A stretch of 64,000 nt of DNA. Source: a virus (lineage: Duplodnaviria; Heunggongvirae; Uroviricota; Caudoviricetes). Below the pieces are notes generated by a model that did not search any database, was not told the origin of the DNA, and saw nothing but the letters and a program-made list of their open reading frames with translations. Positions 22,390 through 32,357 of this stretch are shown piece after piece. The stretch covers positions 31,745 to 95,744 of the IMG/VR virus record IMGVR_UViG_3300028591_000080. One strand, written 5' to 3'. The position numbers and the translations under genes are program-made. Every line of letters starts with the position of its first letter. Within the stretch, counting starts at the first letter, position 1.

Positions 22390-23724
22390 CTAGTAATATC
22401 TTCTAAAAGCTTCATCATATGCTTTTCCATATTCATCTGACCAAGTTTCAACACCATCATCATTAGTTATAGATTCTTGAACTGATTCAAATAAATCTTT
22501 GGCTGCAATATATGCTTCACCGAATTCTGTTTTAATTTTATAGAATTTACGAGTAAATACTTCTAAGTTTCGTCTCCAGTTAGGATCGACTTCGAATAAT
22601 TTAATAGCTTTAATCTTTAAGTCACTTACTACAATATTATTTGTATCAATTCTTCCTTCTGGATTAGCTAAAACTTGATCTAATACATGTTGAGCTTCTT
22701 GAGGAGTATTGAAGAATAACATTTGATTTTGTAGTGTAGATGAACCTGCAATATGAACTTTTAATTCACCTTTATCATTTAATCTATCAGTGTTTGGTTG
22801 TAATTTCTTAGGATTAATATCACCAATTTCACCAGTTCTAGTATTTAATAATTGTTTCTTTAGAGGCATAACATATGCTTTTGGAGTTTTATTACTAGTC
22901 TTATTAGCACTACCAGCTATAATATAAATATATCCACCTGAACCAGTCATTTCAATTGGACTACCTGGTGTACCAATTAAATCGATTACATATGGAGACA
23001 TATGAGGATAGAATGAACGGTCTGGTTTCTTTCTATCTACATCTTTATTTCTAGAACGTTTTACAACATCACTTTGATTTCCATAGTAATGATCACCATC
23101 TTTTACTCTTTTTCTTCTTTTTCTCTTTGGTTTAGTTTCACCTTCAGCAGGTTGAGCTTCTGTAGGTTGTGCTTCAGGTTGAACTTCACTAGCTTGAGTT
23201 TGTTCTGGTTCTGCAGCTGGTTCTTGTGTAGGTTCAGCTTCAGCTGTACTAGTTGTAGGTTCTTGATTTACATCTGTTGGTTCAGTAGTTTGTTCTGGTT
23301 CTTGTGTAGGTTCTTCAGATTGTGTATTAGAATCAGCTCCAGCAAATAAACCATGTTTAATTAATAGTTTACCAAAATTTGATTCTTTAAATGCATCAAC
23401 TTCATAAACAGAAGGAGCACTAGATTGATCCCATACTAAACCTTTAAGTTTACAGAACATTGCAAATGCAACAAATACTTGTTTTACACTTAAATTAAAT
23501 TCTTCACCACCTAATTTATAAGTATAGTTATTAGCGAAAGCTCTAAAATATTCATCTATTTCTGAAACTCTATAACTCTTTTTCATTAAAAGAGAAATAA
23601 CAAATTTAGATAGTTTATAGAATCTTTCATTAACATTAGTTACATAATCAGAAACATCTGTATTTTTAGCTGCTCTAATAACAATTTGTAACCACTTATT
23701 CAATACTTTTGTATTAATTTCCAT
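22390..23724 (-). CDS. Hypothetical protein with EPTQ repeats and a basic patch
   Basis: 444 aa, AGGAG RBS, first gene after TGCTAAATTA at 23776-23785. Confidence 0.75.
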   Translation of the reverse strand: MEINTKVLNKWLQIVIRAAKNTDVSDYVTNVNERFYKLSKFVISLLMKKSYRVSEIDEYFRAFANNYTYKLGGEEFNLSVKQVFVAFAMFCKLKGLVWDQSSAPSVYEVDAFKESNFGKLLIKHGLFAGADSNTQSEEPTQEPEQTTEPTDVNQEPTTSTAEAEPTQEPAAEPEQTQASEVQPEAQPTEAQPAEGETKPKRKRRKRVKDGDHYYGNQSDVVKRSRNKDVDRKKPDRSFYPHMSPYVIDLIGTPGSPIEMTGSGGYIYIIAGSANKTSNKTPKAYVMPLKKQLLNTRTGEIGDINPKKLQPNTDRLNDKGELKVHIAGSSTLQNQMLFFNTPQEAQHVLDQVLANPEGRIDTNNIVVSDLKIKAIKLFEVDPNWRRNLEVFTRKFYKIKTEFGEAYIAAKDLFESVQESITNDDGVETWSDEYGKAYDEAFRRYY

Positions 23725-23775
23725 GTTCTACTCCTATGTTATATTAATTGAAATTTTAATTTTTAAAATATCAAT

Positions 23776-23785
23776 TAATTTAGCA
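23776..23785 (-). promoter_or_regulatory. TGCTAAATTA motif (putative late promoter)
   Basis: Exact copy between the topA terminator and the AAA/peptidase/vWA operon. Confidence 0.6.
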
Positions 23786-23807
23786 AACTATTATTTTTTA
23801 GTAAAAT

Positions 23808-23832
23808 AAAAAACGTGAAATGTCACGTTTTT
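23808..23832 (-). terminator. Intrinsic terminator after topA
   Basis: AAAACGTGA-aatg-TCACGTTTT hairpin. Confidence 0.7.
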
Positions 23833-25711
23833 ACTTTTTGTCTTTTAATATATAATGGCAAGATGGATATCCAGAACAACCATAGAATAATTGACCCCAT
23901 CTGTTTCGTCTTAATTTTAAAGGACTACCACATTCAGGACAAATCTTTTCTCCATCTGTATTAATTTTTCCTTCACTATTATTTGCAATAGATTCAGTTA
24001 ATGTATTATAGAAATTATTTAAAGCTACTAGTTTTTGTAATTTTCCTTCAGCTATTAAATCTAATTCATGTTCTAGTTCATTAGTATATTGTAAACTAAT
24101 TAAATTAGGGAATGCTCTAGTTAAAGTTGTAGCTGTTAATCTACCTAAATCTGTTAATACCATTTCTTTTCCTTCTAATTTACAATATCCACGAGATTCA
24201 GATAAGATAGTATCAATAATAGTTGCATAAGTAGATGGACGACCAATACCAGCTTTTTGTAATTCTTTATTAAATGTTGCTTCAGTATATCTTGGCTTTG
24301 GTTTAGTTGATTTCTCTTGACCATCTAAAGAACATTTTTCTAGAATTTCACCTTTTTTAAAAGTTTCTTTTACATAAATATCATCTTCATTTTCATCATC
24401 ATCTTTATAAGAATAAACTACTCTATAACCTGGATCAACAATTTCATTAGAAACTAATGTAAATAATTGACCATTATTTTCAATTAAATAAGTTGTTTCT
24501 GAAATAGTTGTAGGAGGTAATGCTGAAGCAATTGTTCTTTGCCAGATTAATTTATATACTTTTAATAATAAGTCATTCTTAATATATTTTGCAAGTTTTT
24601 CTGGTGTCATTGATGGATCAGTACATCTTAAACATTCATGTCCATCTTGAGCATTTACATTTTTCTTTCCAGTTCTTGGTTTATTAAATGAGTTTTTACC
24701 ATAAGTTGATTCAATATATGGCTTTAATTCATCGACGAATTCTGGAGCCATTTCTGTTGAGTCTGTACGTATATAAGTAACTAAACCAACATGACTACCA
24801 TTAACTTCTATACCTTGGAATAATTGTTGAGCACAACTTTGTGCATCTTTTGTTTTTAAACGTAATTTACTTGATGCTTCTTGTTGGAATGATGGAGTAT
24901 CAAAAGGAGGTTTTGGATTTTCTTTCTTTTCTTTCTTTTCAATACTTTTGATTTTAAATTTATTTCCAAGACAAGATTTTACAACATTTTCCATTTCAGC
25001 ATAAGTCTTAAAATGTTCAACTTTATTATCTTCAGTTCCATAATACTTAGCTTTAAATTGAGTTTTATTCTTTTCAAAATTTAAATATAAATCATAAAAT
25101 AATTCTGGTTTAAACTCTTGAATTTCTTTTTCTCTATTTTCTAGTATGATTAATCCTGCAGATTGACATCTACCAACTGACTTAGCACCAATGTATAATC
25201 TAGCCCATTCAGATAAACTATAACCTAATAATTTATCTATGATTGAACGAGTAATTCCAGCATCAACCATATTGTCATTAAATTCAATAGGATTTTCTAA
25301 TGCACGAAGTACGGCTTTAGCTGTGATTTCATGCATAGTCATTCTATAACATTTCTTAATATCTGGTTTAATAAATTTTAGAATTGACCAAGCAATAACA
25401 TGACCTTCTCTATCTGGGTCGGTTGCAATAAAAATATAATCAGCCATTTTTACTTTTGCTTTTAATTCTTCAACGACTTTTGCTTTTTCTTCGTTTAATT
25501 TATAATTAGCTTTAAAATCTTGATCTGGCCAAATACCAGTATTTTTCCAAGATTTTTTATCGTCAGCTAATTTCATAATATGTCCGACACTAGCAGAAAT
25601 CATTGCGTTTTTATATCCACCATCTTTTAAAATCTTTGCAATAGTAGGTTTTTTTGTTGGAGACTCTACAATCACAAGTATTTTATCTTCTTTATTTAAT
25701 TGTAATTGCAT
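23831..25711 (-). CDS. topA: DNA topoisomerase I (type IA)
   Basis: 'VIVESPTK', 'ATDPDREG', 'SVGRCQS', catalytic 'VTYIRTDS', 'GIGRPSTYA' and a C-terminal Zn ribbon. Confidence 0.95.
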   Translation of the reverse strand: MQLQLNKEDKILVIVESPTKKPTIAKILKDGGYKNAMISASVGHIMKLADDKKSWKNTGIWPDQDFKANYKLNEEKAKVVEELKAKVKMADYIFIATDPDREGHVIAWSILKFIKPDIKKCYRMTMHEITAKAVLRALENPIEFNDNMVDAGITRSIIDKLLGYSLSEWARLYIGAKSVGRCQSAGLIILENREKEIQEFKPELFYDLYLNFEKNKTQFKAKYYGTEDNKVEHFKTYAEMENVVKSCLGNKFKIKSIEKKEKKENPKPPFDTPSFQQEASSKLRLKTKDAQSCAQQLFQGIEVNGSHVGLVTYIRTDSTEMAPEFVDELKPYIESTYGKNSFNKPRTGKKNVNAQDGHECLRCTDPSMTPEKLAKYIKNDLLLKVYKLIWQRTIASALPPTTISETTYLIENNGQLFTLVSNEIVDPGYRVVYSYKDDDENEDDIYVKETFKKGEILEKCSLDGQEKSTKPKPRYTEATFNKELQKAGIGRPSTYATIIDTILSESRGYCKLEGKEMVLTDLGRLTATTLTRAFPNLISLQYTNELEHELDLIAEGKLQKLVALNNFYNTLTESIANNSEGKINTDGEKICPECGSPLKLRRNRWGQLFYGCSGYPSCHYILKDKK

Positions 25712-25727
25712 TTTAATCTCCTAAATA

Positions 25728-25946
25728 TTATTTCTTTTTCTTATACAAGAAACTAACTACTACATTACCTCTAGCAATAGGCTTTCTAGAAGTTAGTTCA
25801 AGTGTTTGATTTGATTTAATATCATATACACCAAGAGGTGTCCTAGAAGGATAATCTAAAGCTGTGATATTTCCTTCTTCATCAGTTCTTAGATAACCAA
25901 TATATCGACCATAGAAATCAGTAATTAATTCTTCTTTAATAGGCAT
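25728..25946 (-). CDS. Small hypothetical protein
   Basis: Likely start MPIKEEL at 25946 after AGGAG. Confidence 0.65.
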   Translation of the reverse strand: MPIKEELITDFYGRYIGYLRTDEEGNITALDYPSRTPLGVYDIKSNQTLELTSRKPIARGNVVVSFLYKKKK

Positions 25947-25947
25947 A

Positions 25948-26802
25948 TTAATGTCTCCTAGACTTTTTACCAACAAAATCATTAAATGATTTAGCTCTAT
26001 ATGCACGCTTAGTCATTATTTCTTGTCTCTTAGCTGCTTTAGCTCTTTGATATCCTTCAATATCAACATAACTTGTTAGACCTAATTTAACTCTTTCGTC
26101 TAATTTAAATCTACGAAGAATAAGTCTTGTTGTTTCTTCAATTCCACTATCTTCTGAATCTGCAAACTTATCAACTATTGAAGTATAAATTTCACACATC
26201 TTAGATAGAGCTTCAGAAACTTCTTCTAATGAATTCTCTTCAACCTCAGATTTTTCAAATATAAATCCACCACCAGAATAAGTTGCATCAATTAACATAG
26301 GAATAACTTCTGGAGTTACTTTTTCTTGTTCAAAATCATGGTTGAAAATTTCACCTGGAATAATACCATCTAATAAATTATATTGACGCATAAATTCACA
26401 AGCAACTTCATTTAATAATTGATTATCTTCATATTTTAAATCTTCATTATAATAAATGATTTTAATTTCTTTTGGTCTACAAATATATACAAACTTATCT
26501 GTATCAAGATAAGGTTCAAAATTTACAATCTTATCACTTGAGATATTTGTAACTAGAGGATTTAAGAAAATTTTAATTTTATCATTAAAACGAATAGCAA
26601 AGATTCTTTTATTTATTCCTAATTGAGGAGCAGAAACTGATAATAAATCTTTTCTTTCTTCTAAAGTCTTAATTAACTTTTCTTTAGCTTCATCAAATTC
26701 TGCTGTTCCTTCTGGATCAAATCCTAATTTATTTTCATCTAAAACTAAGATCGGTTCTGATGGAACAGAAAGTTTGGAAATATCTCTAATTAATTCTTCC
26801 AT
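25948..26802 (-). CDS. Peptide deformylase-like protein with degenerate catalytic motifs
   Basis: 'SAPQLGINKRIF' and 'FLNP' match the PDF fold, but EGCLS reads 'EPYL' and QHExDHLxG reads 'MRQYNLLDG'. Confidence 0.65.
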   Translation of the reverse strand: MEELIRDISKLSVPSEPILVLDENKLGFDPEGTAEFDEAKEKLIKTLEERKDLLSVSAPQLGINKRIFAIRFNDKIKIFLNPLVTNISSDKIVNFEPYLDTDKFVYICRPKEIKIIYYNEDLKYEDNQLLNEVACEFMRQYNLLDGIIPGEIFNHDFEQEKVTPEVIPMLIDATYSGGGFIFEKSEVEENSLEEVSEALSKMCEIYTSIVDKFADSEDSGIEETTRLILRRFKLDERVKLGLTSYVDIEGYQRAKAAKRQEIMTKRAYRAKSFNDFVGKKSRRH

Positions 26803-26805
26803 AAA

Positions 26806-27198
26806 CTACTCTCCTTTAATTTCTTTTGTTTCTTGCTTAACTTCGTTTTTAAAATTTTCAATATATTTTCTAAAATTAACTAAAACATCTTCATTTTCTA
26901 ATTTAATAGATGCTTCGTCTAATCCAAATCTAGAAAAATGATCTTCAATTTCTTTATTTGCAACTTTAAATTTTTCTTTCTTTCTACCACGAACTGGTTT
27001 AGAATATAAATACATTATATGTGCAAAAAATTGATATGTTTCATCATATTTTTTAAATGTTTCTTCTAATTGGTCTGCTTTTTCTTGAGTAATATAACCA
27101 TCTTTAACAGCTTCTTTAGCTTGCTCTTTAATAGCAAATCTCTCAAGATGAGCCTTCTCAAAAGTTTTAAAATAAGCTTTTACATCAGCTAATGCCAT
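26806..27198 (-). CDS. Hypothetical protein
   Basis: 130 aa with AAGGA RBS. Confidence 0.7.
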   Translation of the reverse strand: MALADVKAYFKTFEKAHLERFAIKEQAKEAVKDGYITQEKADQLEETFKKYDETYQFFAHIMYLYSKPVRGRKKEKFKVANKEIEDHFSRFGLDEASIKLENEDVLVNFRKYIENFKNEVKQETKEIKGE

Positions 27199-27210
27199 AA
27201 TAATTCCTTT

Positions 27211-27579
27211 CTAATTTAAAGCTTTAAATAATTTTCCAATCTGAGGTATTTCCTCAATAATTATATCAAAGTCGTCTTCAACAACTGTTTCTAATTCTTT
27301 TTTTGGATCGTTAATAAAGCTAGATATTGCTGCATAAATTTTTTGTTCATTAAATTTCATTGAACCATATTTTATATTGAATCCATATTTAGTAGGTAGA
27401 TCTGGTTTATCTACAAAAACTGGACCAAAAGTTAAATAATGAAATTTTCCTCTAATAGTTTTGGCACACATAAATCATTGTAAGAATAAATTATTTGTAC
27501 AACGAATTGCAAAATTACCACAATCGTCTAATTCAAGCATATCTTCAAATGAAGAAGTACCTTTATAACCTATTAGCAT
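27211..27579 (-). CDS. Hypothetical protein; 1 in-frame TGA at 27475
   Basis: ATG 27579 overlaps the upstream TAA and has a GGAG RBS. Reads MLIGYKG...FLQ-TGA-FMCAK. Confidence 0.7.
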
Positions 27580-27881
27580 TATTCATCTCCAAGTTCATCA
27601 ATCTTTAAATAATACTTATCATTTTCAAAATCAGCCATTAAAAATATATTATACTTTATTTCATTTACGTCTATTTCAAAATAATTTGTTATTTTAACTG
27701 TTGAATTATTTGAATTCTTTGTAAAAGCTGGATATTCAGTATTAATAGCAACTTCATCTAATAAAGAATAAACTCTTGCATATTCATCGCTATCTTCAAG
27801 ATCAATAACATAAAAATGATTTTTAAATGTTCCACTTTTATTTAACTTAATTTTATCTAAAACATCTTTGATATTATTCTT
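27579..27881 (-). CDS. Hypothetical protein
   Basis: Likely start MKNNIK after GGAG; coupled to its neighbours. Confidence 0.65.
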   Translation of the reverse strand, partial: KNNIKDVLDKIKLNKSGTFKNHFYVIDLEDSDEYARVYSLLDEVAINTEYPAFTKNSNNSTVKITNYFEIDVNEIKYNIFLMADFENDKYYLKIDELGDE

Positions 27882-28434
27882 CATTTTTATCTCCATCAAG
27901 ATCCGCTATGTCTGCATCAATTACTTCAGCTTCATCTTTATCTTTAGAGTAAAGACCTAAAGAACTTAAGAAATCATTAATATTCTTTCTTTTTTGGGTA
28001 TTAATTCCTTCAAGTCTTGGATCTGTAGTTTCAACATTAACATTTGTTGTATGTTTATTAACTTGAATTAATGTATTAGGTGTTTGTCCATTAATTAAAT
28101 TATTATTCTTTTCAATTAAATCTTGAATAATCTTTAACATGTTCATTAATTGAACCATATCCATTTCTTCTGGATGGTTTAATATTCTATCTTTTGTTTC
28201 ACCTAAAACATTATCTAATAGATCACCATAACTATTTGATCTAACAATGGCTTTTTTCTTTTGATTTTGGTTGAATAAATAAAGCAAATCTTTTTGTTTT
28301 TCTTCATTTGAAGTTGTTGTAATTTGGCTAAGTATTTCTAAAGCTTCACGTTTTAATCCATCAATATTTTCTTTTAAATCTTCATCTGATAAATCATCTA
28401 CAAGGACTAAATCTTGTTTTTGTTCATCAGCCAT
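27874..28434 (-). CDS. Hypothetical helical protein (weak candidate for terminase small subunit)
   Basis: 186 aa. Helical hairpin followed by a beta-like 'TLIQVN...NVNV' stretch; function is a guess. Confidence 0.6.
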   Translation of the reverse strand: MADEQKQDLVLVDDLSDEDLKENIDGLKREALEILSQITTTSNEEKQKDLLYLFNQNQKKKAIVRSNSYGDLLDNVLGETKDRILNHPEEMDMVQLMNMLKIIQDLIEKNNNLINGQTPNTLIQVNKHTTNVNVETTDPRLEGINTQKRKNINDFLSSLGLYSKDKDEAEVIDADIADLDGDKNEE

Positions 28435-28436
28435 AA

Positions 28437-28769
28437 TTATACTACCTCATTAATAATAGAATTTAACTTAGCTGCAATAGCTTCAGTTAATGACTCCACT
28501 AGTAAATCTTCTGGTTGAGATGAAGAAATAGACTTTCCAAAAGCACTCTTCATTGATTTAGACGGTACGCTTTTCCAACTTCCATCCTCAAGATTTATGC
28601 TTAATGAACTTACTCCTAAATCTAAAACTAATATTGATTCATTTTGAGCTTTAGCCGTTCTGATTGCTTCACATATACAATTAATAAAAATATCGGTCAT
28701 ATATGATGTTTGCTTTGAAGATAATTTAAATATAGTTCCAAAATCATCTACAATATTTCTTTTAACCAC
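28437..28769 (-). CDS. Hypothetical protein, possibly HU-like DNA-binding
   Basis: 110 aa, GTG start. Helix-helix then 'LVLDLGVSSLSI' beta pattern. Confidence 0.5.
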   Translation of the reverse strand: MVKRNIVDDFGTIFKLSSKQTSYMTDIFINCICEAIRTAKAQNESILVLDLGVSSLSINLEDGSWKSVPSKSMKSAFGKSISSSQPEDLLVESLTEAIAAKLNSIINEVV

Positions 28770-28780
28770 GGATTTTCTCC

Positions 28781-29041
28781 TTAATCTAAATATTTCATAA
28801 TCTTTATTGGATCTACACCTTTAACATTCCATAAAGATCTTTCAGTTTCTTTTTCTAAATTATCTAACATAAAATTTAATTTATGTTGAATACATCTTCC
28901 AATTATATCTTGTTCATCGAATTTATCTGAAAAAATACTATTTATAAATAATAATCTTGTTTTAAAATTTCTATTTTCTTCTAGAAATTTAGGAGACTCC
29001 CAATCGATTCTATCTACCATGATTCTTAAGTGACTCCTCAT
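28781..29041 (-). CDS. Hypothetical protein
   Basis: 86 aa ORF in a tight operon; the start may instead be MVDRID. Confidence 0.6.
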   Translation of the reverse strand: MRSHLRIMVDRIDWESPKFLEENRNFKTRLLFINSIFSDKFDEQDIIGRCIQHKLNFMLDNLEKETERSLWNVKGVDPIKIMKYLD

Positions 29042-29414
29042 CGATATTATATTCTTTAATAATTGGAATAATTTTTAAATATAAATCAAGTATTTTTTCT
29101 TTTTCTTTATCATCTTTTACATTTAATTGTCTTTGTGCATCTACTAAAGATTGACCTTCAAGATTAATATATTGATATAATAATAATGCATTTGTTAATT
29201 CTTTAAATTCTTCTTCAGTAGGAATTTTAATTGTTTGACCTGCAAAATATGCTAAAAGTCTAGTTAAATTATTTCCATCTAATAAAAAACATAATCTACT
29301 TAATGTTGCATATTCTGGAACTTCTTCTACTTTAAATAATATAAACATCATTAAAGTATAAATATCTGATAAGTGTAATTTATCTAAATTAGCTTTAATC
29401 AAGCTCTTCTTCAT
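29010..29414 (-). CDS. Mor-like transcription regulator (putative)
   Basis: 'LLAYFAGQTIKIP' resembles the Mor-family GG-x-x-hYhP dimerisation motif; GGAGG RBS. Confidence 0.5.
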   Translation of the reverse strand: MKKSLIKANLDKLHLSDIYTLMMFILFKVEEVPEYATLSRLCFLLDGNNLTRLLAYFAGQTIKIPTEEEFKELTNALLLYQYINLEGQSLVDAQRQLNVKDDKEKEKILDLYLKIIPIIKEYNIDEESLKNHGR

Positions 29415-30222
29415 AAGTGCCCTCCGGATTTGAAATCATTTTAGTTAAGATTGATTCATCAACTCTATCCATTTCGAAACAATCTAAGATTAATCTCTTT
29501 AATTTAATAAAGAATTCATTAATTAATACTCTAACATATTCAGAAAGAGATTTTGGTAAATGTCATAACGTTACCGAAACACCTTGTTGAAGCGGAACTA
29601 ATTTATTTCTTTTTTCTAATATATTACGTGTATTTAATAAAATTGAAATTTTTATATTTCTCCAATCCGATGAATCTTTTCTAAATGGTGTTGTTTTTAA
29701 AAGTTCATCGATTAGATAATCACATTGTTTAATTGATTCTGTAATTGTTGTAATTGTTTTTGAATAATTTTGAGCCCGAGCATCGGATAATAATTGTTGT
29801 TTAAATTGAAATGGATCAAAATTATTATCATTCATTTCTTCAGATAAGACCTGTCTAAATGATTGATCTTGATATTCAACTCGTCTATTGTGTAATGTTC
29901 CTTTTACATAATCTAGAATATTAACAATAGGACCAATTATTCTTCCTTTAACTGATTTTCCACGATTATTTCAATTCTTAATTAATTGGAAATAATAGAA
30001 TGAAGCTGCATGGAAGGCAAACCCATCATAGTCTGAGAAATTTACAAACATATGTTTTTTAATTGCAAGCATCTTAGTTAATAACCACAAATAATTATAA
30101 ACTAGATCCTCATCTTTAGGGTATTTTCCTTTATTTTCAGCAATTCTTGGGATAACTCCACTTTTATCTATTCATATACACATGTCACAATAAGACATAC
30201 CTGTGGGTTTTTTCCATAACAT
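29395..30222 (-). CDS. 275-aa protein, candidate late sigma factor (gp55-like); 3 in-frame TGA (30172, 29971, 29563)
   Basis: Hand-translated from ATG 30222 after AGGAG to TAA 29395. Lies beside the SbcC/gp46 gene. The ORF is well supported; the sigma assignment is an inference. Confidence 0.55.
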
Positions 30223-30259
30223 ATCGATCTCCTATTATATAAAATATAATACAATATTT

Positions 30260-32128
30260 TTAGTATATTATCGAGCTGATGCCTTCAGCGCTTTTTTCTA
30301 CTCTGATCTCTGAGTCAATAGGTAAAGATAATTGATTAGCCATATGACTTATAATAAAGACAGATTCAGTTGAATTTAATTCATTTTCAATTAAGTTCAT
30401 TACTGCATTACAGCTCTTTTCATCTAAGAAATCTGTAATTTCATCTAATGCAAGAATATTTGAATTTAAATTTAAATAATTCTTTAATAAATCTCTTAAT
30501 GTTAATTGAATAATTAAATCAACTCTAGTTCTTTCACCACCAGAAAGACTCTCAATTGGCTTATTACAATAAGAAATATCAAGATTATTTCCGTTTAAAA
30601 CAATTTCAATTTCTTGAGTTCCGAAAACTGTTTGACTAAATGTTTTAGATTTAGAATTAATATACTTAATAACATTTTGTAATAAAATACCTCTAAAATC
30701 ACGTTTAATTAAACTTTCCATCTTCTTAACTACTTGAGTATGTTCTAAGATTTCTTGTTTAGAAGTATTTAATTCTTGAACTTCTAAGTCTAATTTTAAT
30801 AAAATCTTTTCAGTTTCTTCTTTTTTAGAATTTAAATCATTTAATCTTGATAAATAATTAGCTTTATTTGTCTGAATAGAACTTAATTTATTATTTAAAT
30901 TTAAAATTTGAGTATTTAATTTACTTAAATTTCCATTATATAAAGATATTTTAGTATTTAAATCTGCCTTTTTCTTATCTAAATCTGAAATATCTTTATC
31001 AAAAGTATTTTTAATTTCTAATTCATATTTAGCTTTTGTTTCTTTTAATTTATTAAGTTCTTGATCTATTACATTAATTTGTTTATCAATTTCAACTATT
31101 CTAGTTTCTTGTTCTTTAGTATCTGGTTTAGTTACACCAGCTAACTTTTGGTGACAAGTAGGACAGACATCTACAATAGATTTTATATGTTGAATTTGAT
31201 GTTGTAAATTAGATTTTTCAGAATTTAAAGCAATTTTCTCAGCATTTACTGAATTAAATTTTGTATTAAATGCTTCAAACATAGATTGTAATTGTTCTGA
31301 TTTATCTGAAGTTAATTTTAAATATTTAGTATTTACTGCAGATAATTCATTATTAAATTCTGTTAATTCTTTTGATTTATCATCATATAATGTTCTATTT
31401 GATTCAATCTCGGATTCAAGATTTTTAATCTCAGTATCAAAGTTTGAATTAGTTTGAAGTGTTTCTAATTCTGTAGTAATAGTATCTAATGTTGTTCGAT
31501 TGGTCTGAATTAAAGTATTTTTTACTAAAATCTTATCTTCAGTATTTCTTAAATCTGTATCTAAAACATTAAGACGATTTTCGATTTTTTCTCTAATTTC
31601 TTTTACCATAAAATCTGTTTTTGTTAGATTTTCTAGTTTTTCTTTTCTTTTTGCTGGAGTTAATGCAGATAATCTATCTGGAAATCCTTGTCCAATTAAA
31701 ATACTAGATCCAAGTAAGTCTCTATTTATATCTGGTAATTGTTCTGCTAAGATAACTTCAGAATCTCTTAATGTTTTTCCAGAAATATCTTCACCATTTT
31801 TAATTATTTTTAAATCTGATTTAGGGTTAAAAATTCGTGTGATAATAAAATTATCTTCGAAAAAGTTCATATCAACAGTTACCCAACAAGAATTTTCTTC
31901 TAAAAATAAATTTTTAAATCCACTACGTTGGCCAGTAAGTGTTTCTCCGATTAAACATGCGCACAGTGCATTAATCCAAGCAGATTTACCTGATCCATTA
32001 GATGCGGCATTATCTTTTTCAAAATTATTTTTTCCACTTACTAAACAAAATCCTTTATCTCTTAAATCAATTTCGGCATCTCCATAAGAATAAAAATTAT
32101 GTATCTTTACAGTGTTAAATTTTATCAT
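30260..32128 (-). CDS. SbcC/Rad50-like ATPase (T4 gp46-like)
   Basis: Walker A NGSGKS, Zn hook CPTC, signature LSGGE and Walker B LALDE. Confidence 0.92.
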   Translation of the reverse strand: MIKFNTVKIHNFYSYGDAEIDLRDKGFCLVSGKNNFEKDNAASNGSGKSAWINALCACLIGETLTGQRSGFKNLFLEENSCWVTVDMNFFEDNFIITRIFNPKSDLKIIKNGEDISGKTLRDSEVILAEQLPDINRDLLGSSILIGQGFPDRLSALTPAKRKEKLENLTKTDFMVKEIREKIENRLNVLDTDLRNTEDKILVKNTLIQTNRTTLDTITTELETLQTNSNFDTEIKNLESEIESNRTLYDDKSKELTEFNNELSAVNTKYLKLTSDKSEQLQSMFEAFNTKFNSVNAEKIALNSEKSNLQHQIQHIKSIVDVCPTCHQKLAGVTKPDTKEQETRIVEIDKQINVIDQELNKLKETKAKYELEIKNTFDKDISDLDKKKADLNTKISLYNGNLSKLNTQILNLNNKLSSIQTNKANYLSRLNDLNSKKEETEKILLKLDLEVQELNTSKQEILEHTQVVKKMESLIKRDFRGILLQNVIKYINSKSKTFSQTVFGTQEIEIVLNGNNLDISYCNKPIESLSGGERTRVDLIIQLTLRDLLKNYLNLNSNILALDEITDFLDEKSCNAVMNLIENELNSTESVFIISHMANQLSLPIDSEIRVEKSAEGISSIIY

Positions 32129-32232
32129 TATAAAGCCTTTTCCTTTCTTTGATTTTTGAAGTATATAATATAATACAATTTATACAAAAAAGATTTTAGC
32201 ATATAATTTTTCTAAAATTTTTCGCAAAAAAC

Positions 32233-32357
32233 AATAATATATAATATTTATAATATATTTATCTATAATTATATATAATATTTTATATATCTATAATATA
32301 TTATTAATAATATTTATATTTATTATTAATTTATTATTATAATTTATTTATTTTTAT
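32233..32357. other. Almost pure-AT tract at the strand divergence point (candidate replication origin/DUE)
   Basis: About 125 nt with only two C and no G, between divergent operons. Confidence 0.45.
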
